Assembly: GCA_016186795.1 (NCBI GenBank)
Contig: JACPKY010000002.1
Coordinates: 350,748-414,747, forward strand
Direction of reading: 5' to 3'
Length of the DNA: 64,000 bases
Source of the DNA: Candidatus Gottesmanbacteria bacterium
GTDB lineage: Bacteria; Patescibacteriota; Microgenomatia; 2-02-FULL-39-11
How positions within the stretch are numbered: the first letter of the stretch is position 1; the number at the start of each line of letters is the position of its first letter. The translations under genes and the position numbers were made by a program. Shown here piece by piece: positions 28,245 to 37,556 of this stretch. The notes under the pieces were generated by a model. It was not told the origin of the DNA. It did not search any database and saw nothing but the letters and a program-made list of their open reading frames with translations.

Positions 28245-29727
28245 ATTTACACTCTTGAAGTTCGTTATTTGTTTCTTTAACATCCTCGTTTCTTTTTAAA
28301 AGATATGCCTCCCCTTTTTGGACTATAACAGAAAATTTCTTGTTCAGTAATAAATCTTCAAAACAAACCTTCATTTGATTTTTGGTTAGCGGAGAAAATG
28401 CATTCGGACTCTCATGCATATCAATTGCGATATACGAAGCATTCCTAATTTCTGGAAGGAGAGAAATATTGTCTCTTTGGGAAATATGTGGTACTAAGTT
28501 ATTTTGAGAAGAAACGGGAGCATCATGAGGAATCTTCTTCAGTACTTCTTCTATATCACTCATCCAAGACTGATTTTCATACAATTGCATCTTCGCAATT
28601 GAGTGTATCGGTCCACGAAAATATACATCTTGTGCTAAAGCAAAAAAAATAACATACACTCCAAACAAAACAAAAACATTTTTCCTTCCTAATTTGATTC
28701 TTCTACTTATCAAATCAGAATATTTAGATATCGAATACACTGATGCAATAGAGAGTAAAATCCCAAGGGGTGCTGCGTGATGATTTACATTCACCCACTT
28801 GGTAAATTGTGGACCGGCATAGATAAAACGTGAAGCAAAATGCCCGATGATTGGAATCATATGTATAGGAGAAAAAAGCGGAAGAAATCCGTATGAGAAA
28901 AGAGAGGAAATGACCGTTCGGAGCTTTACTTCAGGAATTATCATACTACGTATAAAAAACAGAGGATCGGAAATACTCTTTTTCAAAACATCGGAAACTG
29001 TATACCCTGCCACACCAAAATCGTTATGGGAATATATTCCCCGAACAGAGAAAAATGGCATAATAATATAAATAAGTGTGAAAAATGATAGAAGACCAAT
29101 AGCCATCGTTACAAGTCCTAAACGCTTCTTTTTATAAAATAACCAGACAACAAGTCCAAGTGGAACAACTAGTAGTCCTAATTCTTCCTTCGTTCCGATA
29201 AGACCACCAAGGGATACCCAATACATGATGGTTCGTCTTGTTTCCAAAGAATAAAAAAAGAGAGCTAAAAAAAGGGGGGCGAATGCCATCTGGTGAAACT
29301 CATTTAAAATTGTCCACTGTGTGCCGATAAAAAGAAGATACGACATGCATATTGAAAATGAAAAAAACAGACTTTTTGTTGTCTTTTTCGTAAGAAGGTA
29401 TAAGGGAAGTGCAGCCATAACGACAATAAATGCTTGTCCAATAAGAATCATTCTGACATCAGTTTTGATCATGTATAGAGGTGCAAGAAAGTAAAGAACT
29501 GGTTGAAAATGATCGGCAAGTAAGTTTTCATGTGCAATCGTACTATATGCAATAAGATCTCCACGACTTACTTTCCAGATAATCTGATCAAAAAATCCTA
29601 AATCCCATCCGAATGTCTGGAAATGATTATGTGTTTGAATTGAGATGATAGAAAATATCCCCCACACAAGAAGAAGTAACGCGAAAACTGCGCCTATATC
29701 ACGTGGGAAATTTCGGATGCGTTCCAT
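28234..29727 (-). CDS. DUF2079 family polytopic protein (putative GT-C)
   Basis: WDLGFFDQ, DHFQP, EFH and KEE motifs; many TM segments. Confidence 0.75.
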   Translation of the reverse strand: MERIRNFPRDIGAVFALLLLVWGIFSIISIQTHNHFQTFGWDLGFFDQIIWKVSRGDLIAYSTIAHENLLADHFQPVLYFLAPLYMIKTDVRMILIGQAFIVVMAALPLYLLTKKTTKSLFFSFSICMSYLLFIGTQWTILNEFHQMAFAPLFLALFFYSLETRRTIMYWVSLGGLIGTKEELGLLVVPLGLVVWLFYKKKRLGLVTMAIGLLSFFTLIYIIMPFFSVRGIYSHNDFGVAGYTVSDVLKKSISDPLFFIRSMIIPEVKLRTVISSLFSYGFLPLFSPIHMIPIIGHFASRFIYAGPQFTKWVNVNHHAAPLGILLSIASVYSISKYSDLISRRIKLGRKNVFVLFGVYVIFFALAQDVYFRGPIHSIAKMQLYENQSWMSDIEEVLKKIPHDAPVSSQNNLVPHISQRDNISLLPEIRNASYIAIDMHESPNAFSPLTKNQMKVCFEDLLLNKKFSVIVQKGEAYLLKRNEDVKETNNELQECKYEI

Positions 29728-29751
29728 GTATTTTTATACTACAATGATACC
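29728..29751. promoter_or_regulatory. Back-to-back overlapping -10 elements in a 24-bp divergent gap
   Basis: Plus strand TACAAT at 29740-29745, 6 nt before GTG 29752. Minus strand TAGTAT at 29741-29736, 8 nt before ATG 29727. Confidence 0.5.
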
Positions 29752-31425
29752 GTGAGAGTAACAAAACCGCTCCTTTTCCTTTTGCTAATCATACTTACTT
29801 ATCCTTTTCTGATCAAATATGTCTATGTAGCTCATAATCAGTACGAGCAAATTCCCCTTATACTTCGTATCCTTGATCCGTCATATCTCTCAAATGATTG
29901 GATTGTGAATGTCAACTCTCACTTTTCACCTCGGTATTTCTTTACCCTTTATATCGGTACAATATCCAGATTTATTCCTCTACACTTGACATATTTTATA
30001 CATTATATTCTTACTATCGGTCTAGTTACATTAGCTACATATTACCTGGCTGTTAAAATCTTTCGCTCATCACTTACATCAATCCTTACTACGATGTTTA
30101 TTCTTTTTGGCCAGAAGTATACCCTTGGAGGAAATGATCTCGTAGGGCGGGATTTTGATCCACCACGATTTGCCTTCGGTTTGGCTAGTTCAGCAATTAC
30201 ATTATTCTTTTACCAGAAGTACTTAATTTCTTCTTTTCTATTATCCCTGGCAACATACATCCATCCTCTCATTGGGTTTGAAGTAGCAACGGTTTACTTT
30301 TTAACTTTAGCTGTAATTTTCTTGCGGATTAAACTTCAAGGGAAAAGCATATATTTTCAGGTTAAAAAATTTATCTCATCATTTCTTCTTTTTTCTTTGC
30401 TTTCTTCATTTTCTCTAATAACTTATTTGAAGTCTTTCTCTTCGTATTCACAAATTACGATAGATAAAGAAACGGTAGTAACTATTCTTGCCAAAATTCG
30501 TGCTCCGGCACATTATCTTCCATCAAGCTGGGCGATAAGTGATTTCATACTCTTCGGACTTATACTCTTGGCAGGATTTATCTGTTTCCGCTTACTTTGC
30601 CGAACAATGAACTTTATGGAAAAGTGGCTACTTATTATCCCTGTTATTTTTATACTCATTCTGTGTTTATTGGCAAGCAATTCTGCTGAAATAGATCTCT
30701 TGTACCCTATACTTTTTGCGCAGTTCTTCCGCTTAACAGTAATTATTTATTGGCTTTTTGCAATCCTTATTTATGGTACATGTTTCACTCACATGTTAGT
30801 TCCAAGAAAAAAAATAATTTTCCTGTTTCTCCCCGTACTTCCATTTTTTATCAGTCATCCAGAAGTTATTACTGCATCTGGTTTTACTCATTCACTTTAT
30901 ATTTTTTTAGCAGTAACATTTCCTTTATGGATCATACTTTTACGAAAGAAAGTAATCGGAATATTCGTATTTTCCATATTCTATGTAATTGTTGCACTTT
31001 CGCTTCTTTTTAAAAATTTTCCATTCCATTTTGAACAGTTGTACCCCTTACCTACTCCGGAAACAAAAATTGCATCATGGGCAAGAGAAAATACGGTACC
31101 GAATGCAATTTTCCTTACGCCACTCGATTTTTATACTTTTCGCTTAACCGCAAATCGCGCTATAGTAGTTGATTGGTTGGTTATGCCATTTGAACAGAGT
31201 GCAATGGTTGAATGGGCTCAAAGAATTGCAGATGTTTCGAGTATTGACTCAATCTTTGAAATTTCCGAAGAGAAAGCACGCGCAGGATTTAAAACTATAA
31301 CATATGAGAGATTGACAAGTTTACGAAGAAAATATCCTTTCAATTACGTTATTACAGAATCTACAATAAATCTCCCTTTGGAAAAAATTTACACAACTGA
31401 TCAATTTTTCATCTATAAATTTTAA
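29752..31425 (+). CDS. Polytopic membrane protein, putative GT-C (DUF6798-like C-terminus)
   Basis: DPSYLSNDW, HPLIG, RAPAHYLP, WARENT..NAIFLTP, FRLTANRAIVVDW and EWAQR motifs. Confidence 0.65.
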   Translation: MRVTKPLLFLLLIILTYPFLIKYVYVAHNQYEQIPLILRILDPSYLSNDWIVNVNSHFSPRYFFTLYIGTISRFIPLHLTYFIHYILTIGLVTLATYYLAVKIFRSSLTSILTTMFILFGQKYTLGGNDLVGRDFDPPRFAFGLASSAITLFFYQKYLISSFLLSLATYIHPLIGFEVATVYFLTLAVIFLRIKLQGKSIYFQVKKFISSFLLFSLLSSFSLITYLKSFSSYSQITIDKETVVTILAKIRAPAHYLPSSWAISDFILFGLILLAGFICFRLLCRTMNFMEKWLLIIPVIFILILCLLASNSAEIDLLYPILFAQFFRLTVIIYWLFAILIYGTCFTHMLVPRKKIIFLFLPVLPFFISHPEVITASGFTHSLYIFLAVTFPLWIILLRKKVIGIFVFSIFYVIVALSLLFKNFPFHFEQLYPLPTPETKIASWARENTVPNAIFLTPLDFYTFRLTANRAIVVDWLVMPFEQSAMVEWAQRIADVSSIDSIFEISEEKARAGFKTITYERLTSLRRKYPFNYVITESTINLPLEKIYTTDQFFIYKF

Positions 31426-32131
31426 GTCCCATCTTTTGTTGCCAAGTTATAATTTCGTCTCCCCACCTAAACCAAAAAAGGTTCTTTAGAAATTCAATAA
31501 CCGTACCAATTCTCACTGTAGATTTTCCTCCGGCACGATCGAGATTTCTCATTGGTATCTCTTTTATTTTCCAATCCAGATAATGAGCTTTCACAGCAAA
31601 TTCTGTATCAATAAAAGAATCAGCATATGTAAGTGAAAGCACTTTAAGGCGATCGCGTAAAAATATTCGAGGGCTTCCATTTATGTCTTCAACATCTATG
31701 GGAAGAAAAAGTCGTGCAAGCTTGTTATAGATTTTAGACCGAATATACCGTATAAAATTCTCGCGGTTTACTCTTTTGATTTTAACAAGGTCAAACTTTC
31801 TCTCTTTTATTTCCGAAAAAAGGATGGGGATAATTTTTTCATCAACCTGTCCATCTGAAGGCATGTAACAAACATATTTTCCAGATGCAACCATAAGTCC
31901 CTTATAAACTGCACTACCGTATCCTCTCTTTGCCCGAATAATTCTGAAATGTGTATTTTCTTTTGCAATTTTTTTAAGCACATCCCATGTTTTATCTGTT
32001 GATCCATTTTCAACTAAAACAAGTTCGTAGGTAATGTTGTTTTGATCAAGTACTTTTTTTATTTTATGTGAAATGTTCTCTATAATATCCTCTTCATTGA
32101 GAACCGGCAAGACAATTGTGAGATCAAGCAT
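31409..32131 (-). CDS. GT2 polyprenyl-phosphate sugar synthase (DPM1/GtrB-like)
   Basis: VLPVLNEE, VENGSTDKT, GYGSA, SDGQ, IDTE and R..GKS motifs. Confidence 0.82.
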   Translation of the reverse strand: MLDLTIVLPVLNEEDIIENISHKIKKVLDQNNITYELVLVENGSTDKTWDVLKKIAKENTHFRIIRAKRGYGSAVYKGLMVASGKYVCYMPSDGQVDEKIIPILFSEIKERKFDLVKIKRVNRENFIRYIRSKIYNKLARLFLPIDVEDINGSPRIFLRDRLKVLSLTYADSFIDTEFAVKAHYLDWKIKEIPMRNLDRAGGKSTVRIGTVIEFLKNLFWFRWGDEIITWQQKMGLKIYR

Positions 32132-33053
32132 ATTTTGTAAAATCTTTCAATATCCTGCGAACAATCGTTTCAATTGAAAGTCCGTAGATATGTCGTAAAT
32201 ATTCTTGGTTTCCAACCGTTTCAATAAATGTATCGTTAATTCCTAAGCGCTTAAAATAAATTTTTTCCTTACCTTTCTCAGACAACACCTCTGATACTGC
32301 AGTACCTAACCCTCCGACGATTGAATGCTCTTCGAGTGTGAAAATTGCCTTCGTTGCCTTAGCTACTTTGATAATCACATCTTCATCGAGAGGTTTCACT
32401 GTATGCATATCGATAATACCAGTGTCAACTCCTTTTTGAGAAAGAATTCGTGCTGCCTGAAGCCCATTGTAGACCATGTTTCCAGTAGCAATAAGAGTAA
32501 GATCAGCACCCCGTTTCAAGATAATACCCTTTCCGATTGTAAATGGAGATGTTGGTGTATATATGTCCGGTTCTCCTTTTTTCCCGAGTCGAAAATAAAC
32601 CGGTCCTTTGTGTTTTAGGATTTCGACAAATGCTGCTTTTACTTGATTTCTATCAGAGGGACACACAATGATAATATTGGGAAGACTCCTCATGATTGCG
32701 ATATCTTCAAGAGAATGATGTGTTGCTCCTGCATGTCCATACGATAAACCTCCACCGGTTCCAATAATTTTAACATTTGCATAATGAAGACAGATATCAT
32801 TTCGTATTTGCTCAAATCCTCTCATAGTAACGAATGTCGCTATACTATAAACAATAGGAGTAAATCCAGTGAGAGCAAACCCACAGGCAACTCCCATCAT
32901 ATTTGCTTCTGCAACTCCAACGTTTAAAAATTGTTTTGGGAATTTTGATTTGAAATCTTCAAAGACCGTATATCCCAGATCACCAGTTAGAAGAATTAGC
33001 TTCTTATCTCTCTTGGCAAGGATTCCTAATGACTGGACAAAGGCGTTTCTCAT
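32124..33053 (-). CDS. Transketolase, C-terminal (pyrimidine-binding) subunit
   Basis: TGDLG, NVGVAEANM, EQIRND, GATHHS, GPVYFRLG and EEHSIVGGLG motifs. Confidence 0.9.
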   Translation of the reverse strand: MRNAFVQSLGILAKRDKKLILLTGDLGYTVFEDFKSKFPKQFLNVGVAEANMMGVACGFALTGFTPIVYSIATFVTMRGFEQIRNDICLHYANVKIIGTGGGLSYGHAGATHHSLEDIAIMRSLPNIIIVCPSDRNQVKAAFVEILKHKGPVYFRLGKKGEPDIYTPTSPFTIGKGIILKRGADLTLIATGNMVYNGLQAARILSQKGVDTGIIDMHTVKPLDEDVIIKVAKATKAIFTLEEHSIVGGLGTAVSEVLSEKGKEKIYFKRLGINDTFIETVGNQEYLRHIYGLSIETIVRRILKDFTKYA

Positions 33054-33056
33054 TAT

Positions 33057-33866
33057 TTAATCTATTTCTTCTAACGCAGCGTAATACTGTTCTTTTTTAG
33101 GGTTAAGGTAGTGCCAGTCAATTGTATGCTCCATAAATGTCACACCTTTCCCCCGCACAGTATGACAGATTATGATTGAAGGTTTGTTGGCCGAAGCTGC
33201 TGTTTTTTTAATAGTTGATAGTAATTTTGGCATACTATGGCCATCAACTTCGAGTACATTCCATCCAAAAGCTCGCCATTTGCTAGTTAGTGGTTCAAGT
33301 TGCAAAACCTCTTCAATGCTCCCAAATGCTTGCACTTTATTGTAATCAAGGAGAACTATTAAATTCTGCAAATGGTGATGTGAGGCAAAAAGTGCTGATT
33401 CCCACGTCTCTCCTTCGTCACATTCAGCATCTGACATCAAAACAACAACCCGAAAATTTTTCTTTCTAAGCTTAGCAGATATTGCCATTCCGGCACCTAT
33501 TGATATCCCATGACCAAGAGAACCCGTTGAAATCTCTATCCCTAATACAGTATGTTTAGGGTGTTCCTCAAGAAGTCCTTTATCTTTACAATATTTGGAA
33601 AGATTTCTTTGGGGAAAAAATCCACGCAGAGCAAGCGTTGCATAAAGAGCAGGAGCGGCATGACCTTTACTTAGGATAAAACGATCACGATCATGCCATT
33701 TTGGTTTCCTAGGATTTATACGAAGAAAACTAAAGTACAAAATAACAAGAATTTCTACAATAGAGAAAGATGATCCAATATGTCCAACTTTTGACTCATA
33801 CGAAATCGTTAGAATTATCTTCCGTATAGTCTTTGCGATATTTTCAAGATCTAGTGGCTTTTTCAT
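33057..33866 (-). CDS. Transketolase, N-terminal (TPP-binding) subunit
   Basis: GHIGSSFS, DRFILSKGHA, STGSLGHG and SDAECDEG..WE...DYN motifs; start placed at ATG 33866. Confidence 0.9.
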   Translation of the reverse strand: MKKPLDLENIAKTIRKIILTISYESKVGHIGSSFSIVEILVILYFSFLRINPRKPKWHDRDRFILSKGHAAPALYATLALRGFFPQRNLSKYCKDKGLLEEHPKHTVLGIEISTGSLGHGISIGAGMAISAKLRKKNFRVVVLMSDAECDEGETWESALFASHHHLQNLIVLLDYNKVQAFGSIEEVLQLEPLTSKWRAFGWNVLEVDGHSMPKLLSTIKKTAASANKPSIIICHTVRGKGVTFMEHTIDWHYLNPKKEQYYAALEEID

Positions 33867-34803
33867 ACAGTTTTCCATTATTTCTAAACCAATTAATTGT
33901 TTTTTTGAGGCCTTCATGAATTGAATGGCGTGGCCTCCAAGAAAGTTGCTTTTTGGCAAGAGTTATATCTGCAACCCAGAATTCAGTATCCCATGGCCGA
34001 GGATTATACTCTCCATAAATAATTTTTGCAGAACTATTTGTGATTTTATTAATCATTGATACAACTTTTGACACGGAATATTGTTTTCCGGAACCAATGT
34101 TTATAACTTTTGCTTTCACACGTTTCGGGTTTTGCGTAAGAAGTAAAAGAGCATCAACAAAGTCATCAATGAAAATGAAATCACGGGATTCATGACCGGA
34201 AGTTATTAAAATATCCTTTTTCATCAGAGCTGATTGAATAACTGTAGGAATCAGTCTTGTCGGCTCCTCAAAGGGACCATATACTGAAAATGGTCGTACT
34301 GTTATAACTGGTTTTTCAAGCATATGTGAATAGACATTTGCAATATAAGTTGAGCCGGCTTTTGCTGCGGCATATAAACTAATTGGGTCCAAAAAATCGG
34401 TTTCTTTCATTGGTTTTCTTTTCCGACCATACTCTGATGAACTTCCAAAATTCACAAATACGTCAAAATCTATAGTTTTCAACGAAGAAAGCATATTAAC
34501 CGTACCTCCAATATTTGTATTAATGATTGATAAGGGATCCGATTGGAATGGATAGCCACCAAATGATGCAAGATGATAAATGATGTGTGGTCGGATCTTA
34601 GTAACAAGCCGATGCACTGCATCTTTTTTATTTATATCGATATCAAAATAATTAAATGAGTGCATGACATCGTCAAGTCGCCAGGTATTACTCTTTTTTT
34701 TAGAAAAACCATAAACATCGTATCCAAGATTTACCATTTTCCTTACAATATTTGCCCCTATAAATCCGGAAATCCCAGTTATAATTACCCGATTTCTTTT
34801 CAT
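33844..34803 (-). CDS. NAD-dependent NDP-sugar epimerase/reductase (extended SDR)
   Basis: ITGISGFIG, GSSSEYG, YAAAK, RPFSVYGP, RDFIFIDD and NIGSG motifs. Confidence 0.88.
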   Translation of the reverse strand: MKRNRVIITGISGFIGANIVRKMVNLGYDVYGFSKKKSNTWRLDDVMHSFNYFDIDINKKDAVHRLVTKIRPHIIYHLASFGGYPFQSDPLSIINTNIGGTVNMLSSLKTIDFDVFVNFGSSSEYGRKRKPMKETDFLDPISLYAAAKAGSTYIANVYSHMLEKPVITVRPFSVYGPFEEPTRLIPTVIQSALMKKDILITSGHESRDFIFIDDFVDALLLLTQNPKRVKAKVINIGSGKQYSVSKVVSMINKITNSSAKIIYGEYNPRPWDTEFWVADITLAKKQLSWRPRHSIHEGLKKTINWFRNNGKLYEKATRS

Positions 34804-34813
34804 ATAGATCTTC

Positions 34814-34842
34814 ATTATAATACGACTCACAAACAGTAAATT
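34814..34842. promoter_or_regulatory. Divergent promoter region with palindromic ATTATAAT
   Basis: ATTATAAT at 34814-34821 reads TATAAT on both strands; TAAATT at 34837-34842 lies 8 nt before ATG 34851. Confidence 0.45.
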
Positions 34843-34850
34843 AAATCCCT

Positions 34851-35747
34851 ATGCAAAAGATGCGCTGCGCTTTGTGTGGAAGAGATGAAAAACCACAGCT
34901 TCTATACCCAGAGAGTATAAATTTCGAGCGTATTAGCAAAGAAACTTTCTCAGCAAGACGTATTCCCGAAAAAGTTCATTATCGCCTCATGCGATGCCAA
35001 AGATGTACACTTATCTATTCTTCACCCATACTTACAGAGGACAAAATAAAACTCCTATATAAGCAAAGCAAACTTACCTATGCCGAAGAAATTCCAAGTC
35101 TAAAAAAAACATACGGAGATTATCTTTCTAAAACACTTCCTTTTGTAAATAAAAATCCCCATCTTCTTGAAATTGGAGGAGGAAATGGTTTTTTCCTTGA
35201 AAAAGCACTGGAGTTGGGAGTAACAAAAGTCAATGGAATTGAACCCAGTCGCAGTGCAATTAATGCAGCAAGAAGTGATATCAAAAAAAAATTGATTGCT
35301 GATTTTTTTCCTTCAGAGAAAATAAAACCCTCTTCATATGACATTATCTGTATATTTCAAACACTTGATCATGTCACTGACCCAAACCGATTTTTACGCG
35401 CGTGTCATACCGCACTGCGAAAAAATGGAGTAGTGCTTTGCATTCTGCATGATACCGAGGGTCTGTCAGTAAAAATTTTAGGTGAGCATTCACCTATTTT
35501 TGATATAGAACATATCTATCTTTTCAATAAAAAAACACTCCAGTTGATTTTTGAGAAGAATAACTTTACACCTCTTGTTACTTTTAGCGTGGTTAATACA
35601 TTCCCACTTCGATATTGGATACGAATGTTCCCATTCCCCTCTATAATCAAACCATTATTTCTATCACTACTTCAAAACATTCACCTTGACAATTTACCAC
35701 TTAGTATGCGCGCGGGAAATATTGGAATTATTGCGAGGAAATCATAA
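34851..35747 (+). CDS. Class I SAM-dependent methyltransferase with N-terminal CxxC..CxxC
   Basis: CALC, CQRC, LLEIGGGNG, GIEPS, FQTLDH and EHIYLF motifs. Confidence 0.82.
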   Translation: MQKMRCALCGRDEKPQLLYPESINFERISKETFSARRIPEKVHYRLMRCQRCTLIYSSPILTEDKIKLLYKQSKLTYAEEIPSLKKTYGDYLSKTLPFVNKNPHLLEIGGGNGFFLEKALELGVTKVNGIEPSRSAINAARSDIKKKLIADFFPSEKIKPSSYDIICIFQTLDHVTDPNRFLRACHTALRKNGVVLCILHDTEGLSVKILGEHSPIFDIEHIYLFNKKTLQLIFEKNNFTPLVTFSVVNTFPLRYWIRMFPFPSIIKPLFLSLLQNIHLDNLPLSMRAGNIGIIARKS

Positions 35748-36729
35748 CTTTATTATACTTTTTAGCAATTTTACTCCAGGAAAATTTTTCTGCCTGTTTT
35801 CGGGGTTTAGTTCTGAAATCGTAAGATATAGCTTGTTGTAAAACTCGGGCGTATTCCTTCTTGTTTTCCGGATCAGCATACAAACCAGCTTTTCCTATAA
35901 TTGCACGTCTGTTCTCATCATCTGGTGCAACAACCGGTATATTGCAAGCTAGAGCCTCAAGGTAGACAAGACCAAATGCTTCTGACTCTCTACTAGGCAG
36001 GGAGAAAACAGATGCACTTCTATACAGACTTGGCAACTCACTGTGAGATAGATGTTCAATATAGATAAATCTCGTACCTAAAAGCTTCTTCCCTTGGGCA
36101 ATTAATTCTTTTTTGCGGGGTCCATTCCCTACAAGAACAAGATTTGCCTTAGGTAAAAAAGAGACTGCGTATATTAACCTGTCAATTCGTTTATAAGTAT
36201 CAAGAGCAGAAACACAAAGGATGATCGGGTGTGACATATGTAAAGGATATTTTGGTCCTTGCGGAATAAAAAGATCCGTATCAATCCCATTAGGAATATA
36301 TTCGACTTTTTTGCCGTTTCGAAGTTTTTTTGCCCAACTGGCTGCATAAGGTGAAAGCGCTACAAAAATATCAGGATTTCCGAAAACGATATTCCACAAG
36401 TCATCTTTCCCAACACCAGCATGACCGCTTATGAGAATTTTTGATTTTGTAAAATAGCGGATTATTCTTACTAGAAGAGCTTGCAATCCACCATTGACAG
36501 GAATAATCCAATCATATTTTCCGGCATGTAGTTTCGGAAAAACCCGTAAACTAAAAATAAATACTAAGAAATGATAGAAAAGTGTCGTATGTGAAACAAC
36601 CGGTAAACTTCTAGTTTGAAATATATCCACCTTGTGAGAAGAAGATAACTCTTTTTCCATTGCAGATACGAACACTTCTGCTCCTCTTTCAACTTTTCCG
36701 TTATAGATATTTAGAAATGCAATTTTCAT
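35728..36729 (-). CDS. GT4 glycosyltransferase
   Basis: RGAE, IPNGID, YKRID and EAFGLVYLEALACN motifs. Confidence 0.88.
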   Translation of the reverse strand: MKIAFLNIYNGKVERGAEVFVSAMEKELSSSHKVDIFQTRSLPVVSHTTLFYHFLVFIFSLRVFPKLHAGKYDWIIPVNGGLQALLVRIIRYFTKSKILISGHAGVGKDDLWNIVFGNPDIFVALSPYAASWAKKLRNGKKVEYIPNGIDTDLFIPQGPKYPLHMSHPIILCVSALDTYKRIDRLIYAVSFLPKANLVLVGNGPRKKELIAQGKKLLGTRFIYIEHLSHSELPSLYRSASVFSLPSRESEAFGLVYLEALACNIPVVAPDDENRRAIIGKAGLYADPENKKEYARVLQQAISYDFRTKPRKQAEKFSWSKIAKKYNKVMISSQ

Positions 36730-37556
36730 AGCAAGCTATTCCAAAGCTTTCTCTTTATCCTTTTTATTGGGGTAATGAATGCGGCGGTAATTTGGTATGC
36801 TCTTGAACGTCCACTAGCAACGTCTGCAATGTATGCGGGATGTCTTTGGAAAACTTTGGGAATTTGCGATTTGTCAATTCTGTATCCTGTCTCTATTTTA
36901 AACTTGTTCCTATGAAATGTATCAAAAAGTGCTTTACCTTTTGAGGAACGTTCCAGATACATGGCATGAAATAATTTTCCATGGGTTACGGCAAATTTTT
37001 CCTTTGTATGATCTATAATCGGCTTCTCTTTATCATCATAGTAACCTTCATATGGATATATTCCCTTAACGGTTATTTGAGGAATATTTTTTTTATTAAA
37101 AAGACGTAGAACTAAATGTCCAGATTGTCCGAAAAGAGAATATGACCCCACATTTTCATCCTGATAGTGATAGATGTCTCCCAGCAAATCAAATCTTCTA
37201 ACAACAATCCCTTTGAGCGTTTCCCCAGATTTTATAATAATGTGTAAAATCTCTTTACAGAGGGTTTCTGGGTAAATTTCATCACCGTCAACGATCCAAA
37301 ACCAGTCAGTTTCTGTCTTTTCAATTTGCTTATTACGAATAGCACCAATTTCTGAAGGGTGTGAAATAGTTTTTTGTTCAAAAATAACTTTTGCCGTCTT
37401 AAAACTTTTGATGAGTTTAACGGTATTATCTGAAGAACCGGTATCAGTCACGAGTATTTCTTTGGCATAAGGAAGTACAGAAGAAATTGCATACCAGATA
37501 AACCTATCCTCATTTTTTACCACCATATGAATAGTCAAAGAATTACTCGCTTTCAT
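36726..37556 (-). CDS. GT2 glycosyltransferase
   Basis: VKNED, DTGSSDNT and VDGDE motifs. Confidence 0.8.
   Translation of the reverse strand: MKASNSLTIHMVVKNEDRFIWYAISSVLPYAKEILVTDTGSSDNTVKLIKSFKTAKVIFEQKTISHPSEIGAIRNKQIEKTETDWFWIVDGDEIYPETLCKEILHIIIKSGETLKGIVVRRFDLLGDIYHYQDENVGSYSLFGQSGHLVLRLFNKKNIPQITVKGIYPYEGYYDDKEKPIIDHTKEKFAVTHGKLFHAMYLERSSKGKALFDTFHRNKFKIETGYRIDKSQIPKVFQRHPAYIADVASGRSRAYQITAAFITPIKRIKRKLWNSLL

Noticed and set aside
29752-35747. Possible invertible or mobile element explaining the strand switches
   Set aside because: No recombinase, transposase or terminal inverted repeats seen; kept only as a putative acquired cassette
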